Origin: Haplodiscus bocki
Taxonomy: Eukaryota
NCBI GenBank assembly: GCA_965655095.1
Contig: OZ296650.1
Coordinates: 52,514,001-52,578,000 of the forward strand
Direction: 5' to 3'
Length of the DNA stretch: 64,000 bases
Shown: in pieces, positions 12,907 through 24,944 of the stretch
Layout of the letters: each line of letters begins with the position of its first letter
How positions within the stretch are numbered: the first letter of the stretch is position 1
Position numbers and translations under genes: made by a program
The notes under the pieces: model-generated
The model's database searches: none
What the model saw: only the letters and a program-made list of their open reading frames with translations
What the model was told of the DNA's origin: nothing

Positions 12907-13500
12907 TCGCAGAATGAAAGAAACATCTGCGAAGAGTGCGGAAATCAGCTATGAAGACATTTTTAGAGAAGAAGCAGTTTTTAGAAACCCATAGAGATTG
13001 TTCGACCGGCAGAATTCAAAACTTTGAGGCGTGTCAACTTAGTCTGGAGCGCAAAAAGGCGTCGCAGCTGAGTCAAAACAGTGTTACGATGCAACACTGA
13101 ACTACCTATACAAAACTGACTACAGCACAGCCAACCCAAGCAACCAATCAGCGACGAGTACGCGGCAAATTAACAAGCAAGGAAGACAAAATGTCACCTA
13201 ATTATATCAAACATTGAATTTATGTTTTTGACAACTATTTAGCATTTTTTGAGTCTTGCCATTTGCAGCGTGGTTTAAAGTAATGTAATTTCAAGTAAAT
13301 TTTACAGTGTGTATTAACATTTTGTCAAACTTTATTTTGCACTTCCCTTGCGCCGCCATAAACTCAAGTCTCGTCTGGTCTATATGACATATTATGGACT
13401 TAACCAGTGGTGTTACGGGACTATCATTACAATAAAGATATTACAAGCGTAACTTTTACTCTATATTTGAACGTAATTTGAGCGCTATGTTGGTGCCAAC

Positions 13501-13700
13501 NNNNNNNNNNNNNNNNNNNNNNNNNNNNNNNNNNNNNNNNNNNNNNNNNNNNNNNNNNNNNNNNNNNNNNNNNNNNNNNNNNNNNNNNNNNNNNNNNNNN
13601 NNNNNNNNNNNNNNNNNNNNNNNNNNNNNNNNNNNNNNNNNNNNNNNNNNNNNNNNNNNNNNNNNNNNNNNNNNNNNNNNNNNNNNNNNNNNNNNNNNNN
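13501..13700. other. Assembly gap (200 N)
   Basis: Run of N. Confidence 1.
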
Positions 13701-13799
13701 AGTTTTTTTGTAAAGGTCTGTGTGCTAAGAGGAAATATTTTTTTTTCAAAAAATACATTGTTCTAAGTTTGGAACATGGAGACATTTCAAACATCTGGT

Positions 13800-16700
13800 A
13801 ATGAAGAAAACTCACAACTGATTGGCATTTCATGTTTCCGAAGTTTGTTTTCCGCTCGAAAATGAAAAGCCGCAGACAGATGTCAACAAATTTGATTAAG
13901 GTAGGATATGCTATTCTCACATTCGTAAAAAAGCCAAGAAACCATTTAACCAAAAAACAGTCGAACCATGGTTTTTGAAATCTTTCAGGACCCTACTGTC
14001 CTTAACACTGTGGTGCGGATAGTTTTGACTGTTTCCGCAAGAATATAGAATTAAATGATCTAGCATAGATTCGAACACTGACTTGGTTCTTTGTGTTTTT
14101 TTTCAAAATTATTCCTTTAGTTTCTGGGCAGCAAAAATTTCAATGGGAAATGTCTTGACGGGTTTTGAAGGTTTTCAGTTACGACCATTTGGCCAACTTG
14201 TTGTGTCCCAGAAGTGTTATTAGCAGTTTGAGTTTATTCATTCATGTCATCAAACCAATTTGATTTTGCCTTTTGAGTTTTGTCGGTCATAACCCTCGAG
14301 AAAAAAGTTTCGCTTGGAACTGAAAAGATCCGGCATGGCCAGTTGCAAAGTTTCGAAACCGATCTAACAAAGATTGAGAACATTTGATTCACACGCCGGA
14401 AGAAAATATATCATGAAGAAAAGTTCATCAGGAAAATTATTGTAAGAAAAGTAGGTAAGTTTTCGGCGGGAGAACTGAATCCAAGATACATATGGAGCTT
14501 CATCGTTTAGTCTGAAGCTGTAGACCACACAGCCAGTGCTATGCTTGAAAAACACGGAAAGATACCAAATACACTCTGTAAAACATTGGTACTAAACTGT
14601 TTTACCAAAACCTCTCTGGCATAAGCTCGGATAGAGTCACTTATGACTACGCTAATCTAAATGAACAAAAAGAGACCCTACAATACTGTTGGCGGAAAAC
14701 AGGGTCAACGTTGTCTAACGCAGGGGGCCACAAGGTAAATCGCAAGCCAGGGATGGGAAATTTGTTGGCGAAGCAATCATTAAGCTTGGGTTTCGTAACA
14801 GGCTCTCAGAAATTCAGAGCTTTCCAAGCGCTGAGCAAAAAGGCTGGCTTCTTCGAAAATTGAAAGCTAGCCAGAAACAGTTCCTTTTTCGGAATGTTTA
14901 AGCAATTGTCACCAGAGCAGAACTAGTTTTTCACCGATACTCTGTTTAAAAACCCACCCAATGAATGGAATGCTGCAAAATGCAACCTAAAATGGTTTCA
15001 TTAATGCTTAAAAAAGACCGGACGTAACATCTGAGAAAAATTTTTTGAAAAACGTCCCTTTTACAAAGAGGTAGCAATTTTTCTGAAAAACATGTTGTTG
15101 TTAAAATTGGGCCTGTCGGAAAATTTTCCCCCTTAGTGCTGGTAAACGGAAAAGAAGTCGAACAGGATGCTTCTTTGCAATTTAATGGTTTTCTGACTTC
15201 ATGGTTTCGCCGCTATGTGGATTCGGCTAAAGAAATGAAGCAGTTTTCAAGGAACTCATTTGTCGATATACTTGACTTAAATGAACGATTTTAAGAAACT
15301 TTCAACTCTAATAGTTCAACAAAGATGAAACTTCAACACTTCAATGACATTTTGGTAATTGGTAAACAACAAATTGTCCTTTTCTTGGAGATGCATGTGC
15401 TGGAATAAATTTTTCCAAAAACTCAACGTTCTGATCAAATGTGGAGGTTTGATTGTGCTTTCAAAAAATCAATACGCAATTTTTGCATGTCGTCTGCTGA
15501 AAAGTAAAGTTTTTTTTGCTGATAAGAGCATGGCGGCAATTTGCCGTTCCACATATCAGAAAAGTATCCTTTTTCCGTCAGCAAAACCATGTTGGTGGAA
15601 TCTTTTTTGTTTAAAGTGTATGTGTGAGGCTTGCAGTGGTGCCTGTGAAAAATATGTTCCAGTAGCTCCAATATGTTCTGAGAGATAAGCGTTCAAGGAA
15701 GACTATTTCGAGGAATCTGCGAAACAAAAAAGTGAAAGAAAATAGAAAACAAAATTCGGCATAACTGAAGCAATAGGGACTTTATCCCTTCAGTCGTTTC
15801 CTACCCTGCGGTCGAATCCTCAAAAAAACATAGAAATTTGTGCATTCTCGTTTCACTCGATGACCTAAAAATGAAAACTATAGGTACCAAATGCTCTGGG
15901 CAAAGCTTGCAAAGGCAAAGCGATCCGCATTTCATTCTCAATTTCTGCTTCAAAACCATCAGGTACGGTTGCAACGGCACACAACAATGTTGGTCACAAT
16001 ACATCGCGAACATTTAGTCATTTTTTCCGTTGGTCATTTTTTACCAAAAAACCTAGTTACCAAGATTTCTGAAAAGTCAAATTCGATGCCTATGGAAGTT
16101 CCCGCGCAAAAAGCAAACTGAGGATTTCGAAACATGAGATATTAGCGCCAGAAAACAGAAAAAAAATCGACAGTTACAAATACAAAAAACTTGATCTTTT
16201 CGATGTTATTATCTTCTATAACCCCAGAATGGAAACTCAACAGACAAAAGAATGACACTTTGAGAAGCTGCCTTGGTGCGTCAATGAATAGAGGCTGCCC
16301 CATGTCACTATTTGCGAAGTGATGTTCAAAGTCAAACTCTCATGTGCGTTTTTAGGAAAAGTTTTCTAGTTTTCTTTAAAGCAACGAAAAGTTACTTGAC
16401 AACACATCTCATCGAAGTTTCCTCCTTTCAAACCGATTCACCTAATTGTTATGACATTGTTGTATGATTGGCTGTTAAATTGAAGAAAGCAAGAGTTCTG
16501 TGGAAATTCTCTGTAGAACTTTGAAATTGTTTCAGATCAAAGCTCGGTGGCGAATGTTTTTGTTGACAAAAATGTTCTCCTTCCATCGATCGTTTTGATG
16601 GTTCTAAGAATGGAGTGTGAACAATAATGATAGGTTCACTTTGAATGATGATGTCACTATAGATTAGATTCATTAATAGATATATCCATTAATGAAACTA

Positions 16701-19300
16701 ATCTCGATTATAGCTTGTCGGAACTTTTTTCCGCACTGAAAAATTTCGGCATAATCGCTTGTGTTTGGAGCGGAATAAAGACAGTATGAGGCCTAGTATT
16801 TGGAATAGAATACGAGTTGACCCTGAACATGCCACGTTGATCCTCGCTGACTTTTCGGTGGCTAAAACGCTTGGGCAGCCAAAATTTTTGGACAAGGTCA
16901 ATTACAACTTTCCACAGAAGGGCAACAATCTCACCAATACCCTCAGAGTACTTGGACATCGCATTTGGGAAACACAGTGGGTGAATGACGATTTATTATG
17001 ACGTTCACCGTTCTGGGATAGGAAAAAGAGCAGTAAAAGTCTACATGCAAAGTGTTTTGCATTAGAAGCGCGAACAGCTCGATTTCAACTTTAGCAAATC
17101 TTGGGCTTTGATCTGCGATTCCAAAAAAGAGTTTTATTCAGACAATTAAACAACCAATTCCTTCAGGAACATCCGAAGCAGAATCGAACAAGCTTCCTTA
17201 TTACATTGGTGACAGGTTCATCTAGCCAAGCAAACCTAGGACACTCATTGGCCGTTCCATTTTGGAAACAATTTGTAGAAATGCAAAAACAGAACAATTC
17301 TGAATAACAACAAGTTTTCTGGACAACGTTTTGCAAAAATTTCAACAGACAAGAAGCTCTAAGCGAAACAGAAGCATGATAGTACTCTAAAATCTTGGTT
17401 CATCAGATAGCGCTTTCAACTAGCTTAGAAAATCCGCGTCAATAACGCTTCTTTCAACAAAAAATCTTGAACTTTTTAACTCTAAATTTTTCTGATGTTT
17501 TGTGTCAAAAATAGATGAAAGTTCACAAAAGTTGGTACAGTCTCTTTTTTATTGACGGGTTTTTTGACACTCGATTTTCGTCCAAAGTGAAACCAATCAA
17601 AGATTTTGGTGGCAATGGAGCTGACAAACTTGCAAAAATCCTGAAGTTTTCTTCTTTTTCCGCATAGTTGTCTGCCAAAACGTCATTGGAATTAATGGGA
17701 AAACTGTGATTAAATGGGGAGCAGCAAACATTGATTTTGCATTAAACCCTCTGATCTACATTTGCGACATAGGTTTAAAGTCCTGATGCTATGACAATTT
17801 TCCCAATTGCCCCAAATTTAGGTGTTTCAGGTTGTTTTGGCAAATAGTTTTCCAGCGAAGAAAACTTAGAAGTAGAAAATTTGAGTGTTGGTCAAATACG
17901 CTCTTACCGTACAGAATGTTCCAACCTAAGCACTCGTAGTTTTAACGCATCGATTTTAACAAACGTGGAAGGCTTGACACAAAGCTTAGAGGGAAAGGAA
18001 AAAGCACATAAACGCTAAGGTGCTGAGCGCAAGACTCACGGAGAAAAGCAGCAAGTATAACAATGAGTACAGCTCCAAAATGGGCTCTATCACAAAACTT
18101 CCGAGGATGACTCTGTGGTCTGAGGCTAAAGCATGACACGAATACTTGACGAAGAGTGGGTCACAGTAATCATGTTTTCCACAAATCGCACATTTCCATC
18201 TCGAAGCCAACAATTGGGCCGTTTATAAGAGCTCAAGCATTTGGTTTATCCCGTATTTGACAACAGGAACGAAGAACATTGATTTCCTTGCTCAAAAGAT
18301 TCTCAATTGTCAAAAGACACAAAAATGTGACAGGAACGATGTATTTCAGTTTTTCAGACTAAATTTGATAGCGATAAACACACGAAAAAATTTTGACTAA
18401 ATAGGCCTTGTGATACAATGATTACACTCATTCAGCGAGTGTAACACACAAATCAAACCAGTTTGTAGGCAAAAAATTCAGGATAATTACAAAAATTCCA
18501 GGATGCTAACGTTTTTCCGAAATTTACCGGTTGATAGCTCCTTGCAGACAAGAACCAAATTTCATAGAAAGGCGGCGTACATCGAACAAACACTATGATT
18601 CACCACTATGTAGACTATTGTGTGAGGTAATGTTTCTGAAGTTTATTTTTTTGCACACTTTTCTCAAAAAAATCAAAAACTCGTCTCTTCGGTAATGTTT
18701 TTGAGTGGCTAATGCCGCTAAATGAATCCAGAAGCACCAAAACGCATTGCAAAGCACTGTATGGAGTCCCGTTTGTCGATTTTTATTCGAATTCACTGCA
18801 TTAAGAAGACTAGGGACCCTAAAATGGAGAGAAATTTTACATAAATCCAAGAAAATGAAAAAGTTGACTTGTTTGTGAACAACGAGCCATTACTAGATGG
18901 AAACATAAAATTCAGCCTTTTAAAACAAAAAGCCCGAGTGAAAGATCCTCAATGACAATTGGCGCAAGATTGACAACAAGGCCAGTCGAATGAAGCATGA
19001 AAACGTACTGCCGGAATCAAAAAATCGAATCGGTCGAAACATCAAATATTTCATACTATTTGCCCTTTTCTTATTTATTGAAAACTTGCCAAAAAATTGA
19101 CCTTAAATGTCATAGCACTCTGCACTAGTGAATAGTCTGCCTTGCCATCAGTTACTGCGAGGGCTTGAGTTTTTCGGGGCTTCTTTTCAAAGAATACTCA
19201 AAAAGTTTCGTTCACTAAGCAGGCTTTCAATTCAAGTGTTTTCGTTTATAACTCCCCGGAAGAAAAGCAGCAGCCAAATATTTCATACATGATAGCTCGT
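13800..19300 (+). mobile_element. Very degenerate Polinton/Maverick (adintovirus-like) remnants, tentative
   Basis: Short fragments recall a pPolB motif (KVGYAILTFVK, about 13880) and a packaging-ATPase segment (KTLGQPKFLDKVNYNFPQ, about 16860). Otherwise saturated with stops. Recognised from memory only. Confidence 0.3.
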
Positions 19301-20109
19301 GGAACGATCGTAGTGTTTGTCAATATGTCAAAAAAGCCCGACCGACACCCACCGACTGCGTTTTTTTCTTTTCAAGGAGAAAAGACTCAGAGGGTTGTCA
19401 CGGACGGGTAATGAACGGAATGATTTGGACGAGTCCCTTTGCGAAAAGATTTCGCCTCGCTTCCGCTACGCTCGGCTAGATGAAAGCGCCAAGATGCATA
19501 GCGCAAGGCTAGCAGAAGAACGACGCAAAATTTCTATGTGCGCCTTGCATAGGGAGAACGTTGGCTTAAATATTTCTGAAAGAACGCGTGCATCTGTGGC
19601 AAAAAAAAAATAAATTTATTGGAAAAAAGTTGGTTTCTCACATGAAATACTCTAATTCTACAACTCCAGCGCAAGAACAACAGTTTAGGCTGGTCGTAGC
19701 AGCAGTGTTATACCTAATGGTTCTTCGAAGACTTATTTCGTCAGTAAAATAACGTTGAAAAAGTGCTCATTTGATGAAAAAAATGACAAAAACTCGAAAA
19801 CTTTACAAACTTTTGTTTTCATTGCTTATAAAAGAGATCTTGTGATAACCAAAAACCACTAATGGTAAAGAAAACCTGCAACATTTTCGGCGTTTGACAG
19901 CTGGAACGTTCTGAGATCATTGCGCAGAAGGAGTTCAATTCCCAAAAATGTGACTTCTTGAGAAGAAAAACTAGTTCCTGTTTTTGCGCTAAACTATTTT
20001 CCAGAGAAAAGAAGTTCTTTGATCCTTCAAGCTCAAGCTATGTTTTCCAGCGTTTCTGTGCTCTATGCTCAAGGAAAATAAACCAATCTACCTAGTTTGT
20101 GATCATAAA

Positions 20110-22322
20110 GGCAATAAAATTGCCAAAACGTAAAGCGACAACTTGCCATAAGCGACAATTTGCCATAAGCGACAAGTCGCCATTGGAATCAAAAGGCGAC
20201 AACTTGCCACAAGTCGATCGAGGCGACAAGTTGCCACAAAAAGGAGGGGCGACAACTTGCCATAATAAACAAACTGATTAGATTAAGACGCTCAACCAAG
20301 AAATGCGCGCAATAAAAATTAGCAGGTTAATCCACTGAATAAAAAATATTTAACCAGTAACACAAATACTAATTGAGTCTGCATTAAACGGACGTAGAAA
20401 ATTATCAATTTACAGGTGCGAAAACTCAACACAAGTACAAATCATCATCACTCATTTGTCTCAAAAGTCAACGGGGAAAGCCCAAACTGAAGCATGAAGG
20501 CTACTTGTACCGCCTTTTACGCGAAAAAGACGGATTAAAAACGTGGAGATGCGACAAAAGACAGTGCAAAGCCATTGCAACAACGTTCGAAGACAACGTT
20601 TTCACAACAAGAGAGCACTTGCACGAACCAGATATGAAGCAATCGGAGCAGCTGAAGGTTTTGAAAATTCCGCTTGTATACGTGCTTTTGAGACGCAAAA
20701 CAGGAGAGCTGTATCTCAGAGCTCTCAATGAGCTAAAAGAAATCAACCCGAGTCTTCAGCCTAGTCAAATAACGATCGACTTTGAAATCGCTTGCTTGTT
20801 GGCTTTCCAAGAGTTTTTTCCGAAAGTTTCCATCAAAGGTAAATAAAATTTTAGACCGTATTTCAATTTGTTTCAGAAAATATTAGTGTCCCTGCTGTTT
20901 TTGCAGGTTGCTTCTTCCACTTCGCCCAAGCCAACTGGCGCAAAGTACAAGACCTTGGACTGAAAGAAGTATACGGTCAACAAATGAAAGTTAGAATTTT
21001 GATAAAGTCTTGCGTATCATTGGCCCTAATTCCTCCCGAAGACGTAATTATGGGCTTCGATCAAGTATGTTCGGCATCGGAAAGTTATCCACAAATCAAA
21101 TGTTATCTGGAATACTTCGAAGAAACTTGGCTTGGAAGTCCTGGTCGTCTTGGAAAAAAAGTAAACCATTGTTTTCAATCACTCTTTGGAATCAGTTCGA
21201 AAATGGGTGAAATGGTAACCAGAAGACCAATAACAACGTTGAAGGCTGGCATGGAGCCTTCCAATTGGGCATGGGAGTCGCTCACCCCGCGATTACAAAA
21301 TTCTTGCAGTATCTGCGCAAGGAGCAGAGTTTCACTGAAAACCGCATTCCAAGAATACGCGCAGGAAAAATTTTGCCAGTCAATGCCAAAGTGGAGCGTC
21401 ACCGCCAGTGTCTTCAGCAACTTCTCAACCATTATCAAAACAATAATTTGTTGTCTGTTCTAGATGGACTCTCATTTAAATTTGATTTTTGAATGTACTT
21501 GTCGTTAGCTTAAGATGTGCTTGTTTAATTGATATGTAACCGCAACATCGTTTTCCCTTGGTGTAAGAAAAAGTGTTCCAGGTTTGACTCGATCGACCAA
21601 ACCCCCAAAAATACAGGGAAATATACCTAATCAAGGAAGGCGAATTTGAGGATTCTGAATATTGCAAAATGTTCGCCTCAGTCAAGGGTTTATTTTCCCC
21701 TTTTCCCCGCTCCATCCCCATCACGTGGGGTCACGGAGCTTCGTTTTTCCTGAATGTTACCTTGATTACCTAGAAATGGGTAACTAAACACCTGAGCGAT
21801 CTATAATTCGGTAAAATTTAAAGCGGATTCTGAGAGTCGAGCCTCAATTATAGTTGCGATAGTTACATATCGTACCTCTTGACCACAGTCCAGTTGACAT
21901 ATTCATGAAGAAATCATGTGCAATTTGTTTGCATAGCAATGTAATAGATATCAGAAACACATTTCAAGTAAAGCTTTTGAAGTAACTCATGTTTGTAAAC
22001 AAGGCTTCTGAGCCACCTTAGGAACGTTCGGTTCGACTTGTCAATCATTAATGAAGTTGAATTTCTTTTCGACAGTAATTTGTAAGTTTAAATTTAATCT
22101 GTCAATCAGTTTAATTAAATGGTAAACAATGCGCGCATTTTCATTGAAACCTACCGCCGCGTCTTATCTTTTGTGGCTAGTTTTGCGGCAAGTTTAGTGG
22201 CCTTTGAAGTTTTGCGGCAAGTTGTCGCCTTTTTAAATTTGTGGCAATTTGTCGCCTTTTGGATTTAATGGCGAGTTGTCGCTTATGGCAAGTTGTCGCT
22301 TATGGCAAGTTGTCGTAGTGCC
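20110..22322 (+). mobile_element. Mutator-like (MULE) DNA transposon with FLYWCH-MULE transposase; internally deleted and frameshifted
   Basis: Long TIRs built of tandem gcgacaacttgccata units (20135-20265, inverted 22185-22322). FLYWCH-like SQRGKPKLKHEGYLY..WRCDKRQCKA..HLHEP. MULE motifs PLVYVLL, ITIDFE, GCFFHFAQANWRKVQDLGL (after intron 20839-20906) and RTNNNVEGWH. Frameshift in the A-run at about 21160. Confidence 0.9.
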
Positions 22323-23090
22323 TTGCCAAAAGGGTAAACTTTATCTCCACTTCGTTCTCATCATCCCCTCCTCCCCCCCCCCAAAAAAATTCTCCGATAT
22401 TCGGGAATCGATTGAAACTTTGTACACCTTTTATTAGGTCTAGTTTTCTCCACAAGGCAGGCTAATGTGTGACGTCGACGGTTTTGGGGCTCGCTTAAAT
22501 GGACCTATTTCATCAAAGATTTCTAAAAACTCTTTTTGATCAAATTTTTCGGTGGTAATAAGAAACTGCATAAATGCAAAACTATATCAAGAAGCGTTTG
22601 AACCGTATTTGGTCACTCTAAAGTAAACCAAACAAGATGTGGAGCCTAGTCAGCACAACAAATTTCATAAAATTACATTCGGCCCATGAAAATTACAAGA
22701 ATTGACAATTTTCACTTGTAATTTTTCGTCAAAAATGGCATTTTCGACATTCCCCATAAAATTGCATTGAACAATCTTTACAACAATTATTGTCTTATTT
22801 GACAGAACTACGGTTCCGATGAAGCAAGAAAACTGACTTTTGATATCCGGAAATGACCAAAATGTCACGAAAGTCATTATTTTTGACTCATTCTTGGTGA
22901 AAACCTATCAGAAAACTTGGCGCAAAATTTCAATGCATACTGTCCTATCGAATGATCTCGGTCATCAAAAAAGTCAGGTTTTTGAAGTTCCTTCTTTTGA
23001 AGACAGGACTTAAAAAACTAGCCATCACCCTATAAAAAAAATGGGAAAATGAAACTATTTTCTCTTTTGATCCAAAACATGGTATAGGAT

Positions 23091-24870
23091 TGTGTCGCAG
23101 GCTGCCGCCTGTGACGGCCTGCTCTACTCCGTTAATTATAATGGACAAAACGCGGGCACACAGGGATATGCTCTGCCCTTATTCGAAGATTAAACTAACA
23201 AAACTTTCAGTAGATAATTTCCTGGATAAATTTCCTCCCCCCTCAATTTATAATATATATTTATATATTAATAACTAATATATATACATATACGATCCTA
23301 CGAATATTTATGTATCTATGTGCAAAATCCATACAAATAGCAAACAAGCTTGTATCATGAGAGAACGGATATAAACAAATGCTTACAGTGCTCAATTAAT
23401 TTGCAGTCTTATACTTAAATTTGATTGGTCAAAAGTATTCTTGTCAACATTTTAACCAAGCAACAGCGCTGCTGGAGTATGGTCAGAATTTGGTCACAAG
23501 GACCTAATTTTGACCACTTTGCTCACAGCGAGAGGTCGCTTTCAAACAAAAGGCGAATTACAGCCAAATGAAGTCAGAAAAGTCGAAGTATGACCATATT
23601 TAATTAAAAGACGTTGCTATGTACTTATATAAGCATATAATTATTTAATTATGTGATACCAAATTACCTAGTGCATAATATTAATAAATCCCCAGTGAAA
23701 ATTATTTTTGGTCCAAAGACGGTCATAGTGCCCACTTTTGACCACCATATTTTTACTCAAACCTAAAACCTAAGCACGAAGTTCAATATCAACATGCTTG
23801 TCATATTTAATATATTATAACCATAAATAACCACCCATGATTTAAACCATACATGCAAACATGATTTTATTGACCTTTACCATTTATCCAAAACTTGTAA
23901 CTATATTTTGATAGTCATGATTTTTCGGTACTTCTCCTTTGATGTTGATCTTATTAGTATTTTTAAAGTGATGTCATGAAGATGATATGTAAAACTCGGG
24001 TTAAGCCCTTTGATGTGTTGATTAAAAGTAGAATGACGAACATGACGTCAGTAGATTGTGCCACCCAATTGGTCGACGAATGTGAGGTCAAACGAGAAAA
24101 AGGGTGACCCACAACTGAATGAAGAACCATCAACAGGAAAAAAACTGTCATATTGGAAAACAGTTCACTAAAAACAATTCCAAAACCGATATCTCCCTTT
24201 TGTGTTCATTAAAACTCTTTGCAAGTTTCACAGTTTAAATTATCATTCAATTTTACGTTATTGTTAATGTTCCCCTCGTAATGTAATTCAGTTATTAAAA
24301 GAAATATGGTTTCCACTCGTAAGAAAAGACAGTCAAGCAGAAGGCTTCTCAGCCAGTTAGATGACTTCGATCAAGATATGGTCATTGGCAACGCTGTTAG
24401 TGAGAGACAAGAAAATACCGTGGTCAATGAAGGCACTAATGACCGAGATTTTACTGCTGGTACTTCTAGTAATAACTCAGTTGTTAATGGAAATGAAATG
24501 AGTGTGAAAACTTTGGAAAGGCGTTTTAACGAAAGGATTGATAGAGAAATGAGCAATATCATTGATACAGTTGAAGATAGGATACAGAATGCAATTTTGA
24601 CCGCTATTGATAACATTGTTGCTCCTAAAATTGAACTAGCATTCAGGTCAAAAAACGCGTCTTCTGGACGGGATGTGACTAGTGTGTCTGCAAAATCAGA
24701 ACGTAGGGAACATGTAGGGATTAATGCTTCATTTGGAAACGCATCTGGAAACAACGATACACTAGGTGTATCAAATGCAAATGATGAGACTCGACATATC
24801 ATTCCAGACGAGGTAAGTGAATTGTCGGTCCCGGAAACACATTTTGACCGGCAACCACACACTCATCACA
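23091..24870 (+). mobile_element. Long (1.78 kb) solo-LTR-like unit containing the start of a gag-like ORF
   Basis: TGTG...CACA termini with GAT on both flanks. ORF 24306-24944 (MVSTRKKRQS...HFDRQPHTHH) crosses the CACA end at 24870, after which the sequence appears to be flanking DNA. Confidence 0.6.
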
Positions 24871-24944
24871 GATTGATCAGCGAAAAAAGTTGCTTGCCGA
24901 GACATAGTAGCAAGGAGTATTGCTCTTGGGAGTATAGTTGCTGA
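24306..24944 (+). CDS. Retroelement-derived ORF (gag-like N-terminus, 188 aa) fused to 24 aa of flanking sequence
   Basis: Intact ATG ORF with a basic N-terminus and a coiled-coil-like segment (ERIDREMSNIIDTVEDRIQNAILTAID); lies inside the TG..CA unit. Confidence 0.5.
   Translation: MVSTRKKRQSSRRLLSQLDDFDQDMVIGNAVSERQENTVVNEGTNDRDFTAGTSSNNSVVNGNEMSVKTLERRFNERIDREMSNIIDTVEDRIQNAILTAIDNIVAPKIELAFRSKNASSGRDVTSVSAKSERREHVGINASFGNASGNNDTLGVSNANDETRHIIPDEVSELSVPETHFDRQPHTHHRLISEKSCLPRHSSKEYCSWEYSC

Noticed and set aside
13456-13953. ORFs crossing the N run
   Set aside because: Artefacts of the assembly gap.
24371-24862. 163-aa antisense ORF
   Set aside because: Shadow of the + strand retroelement ORF; non-ATG start and no motif.
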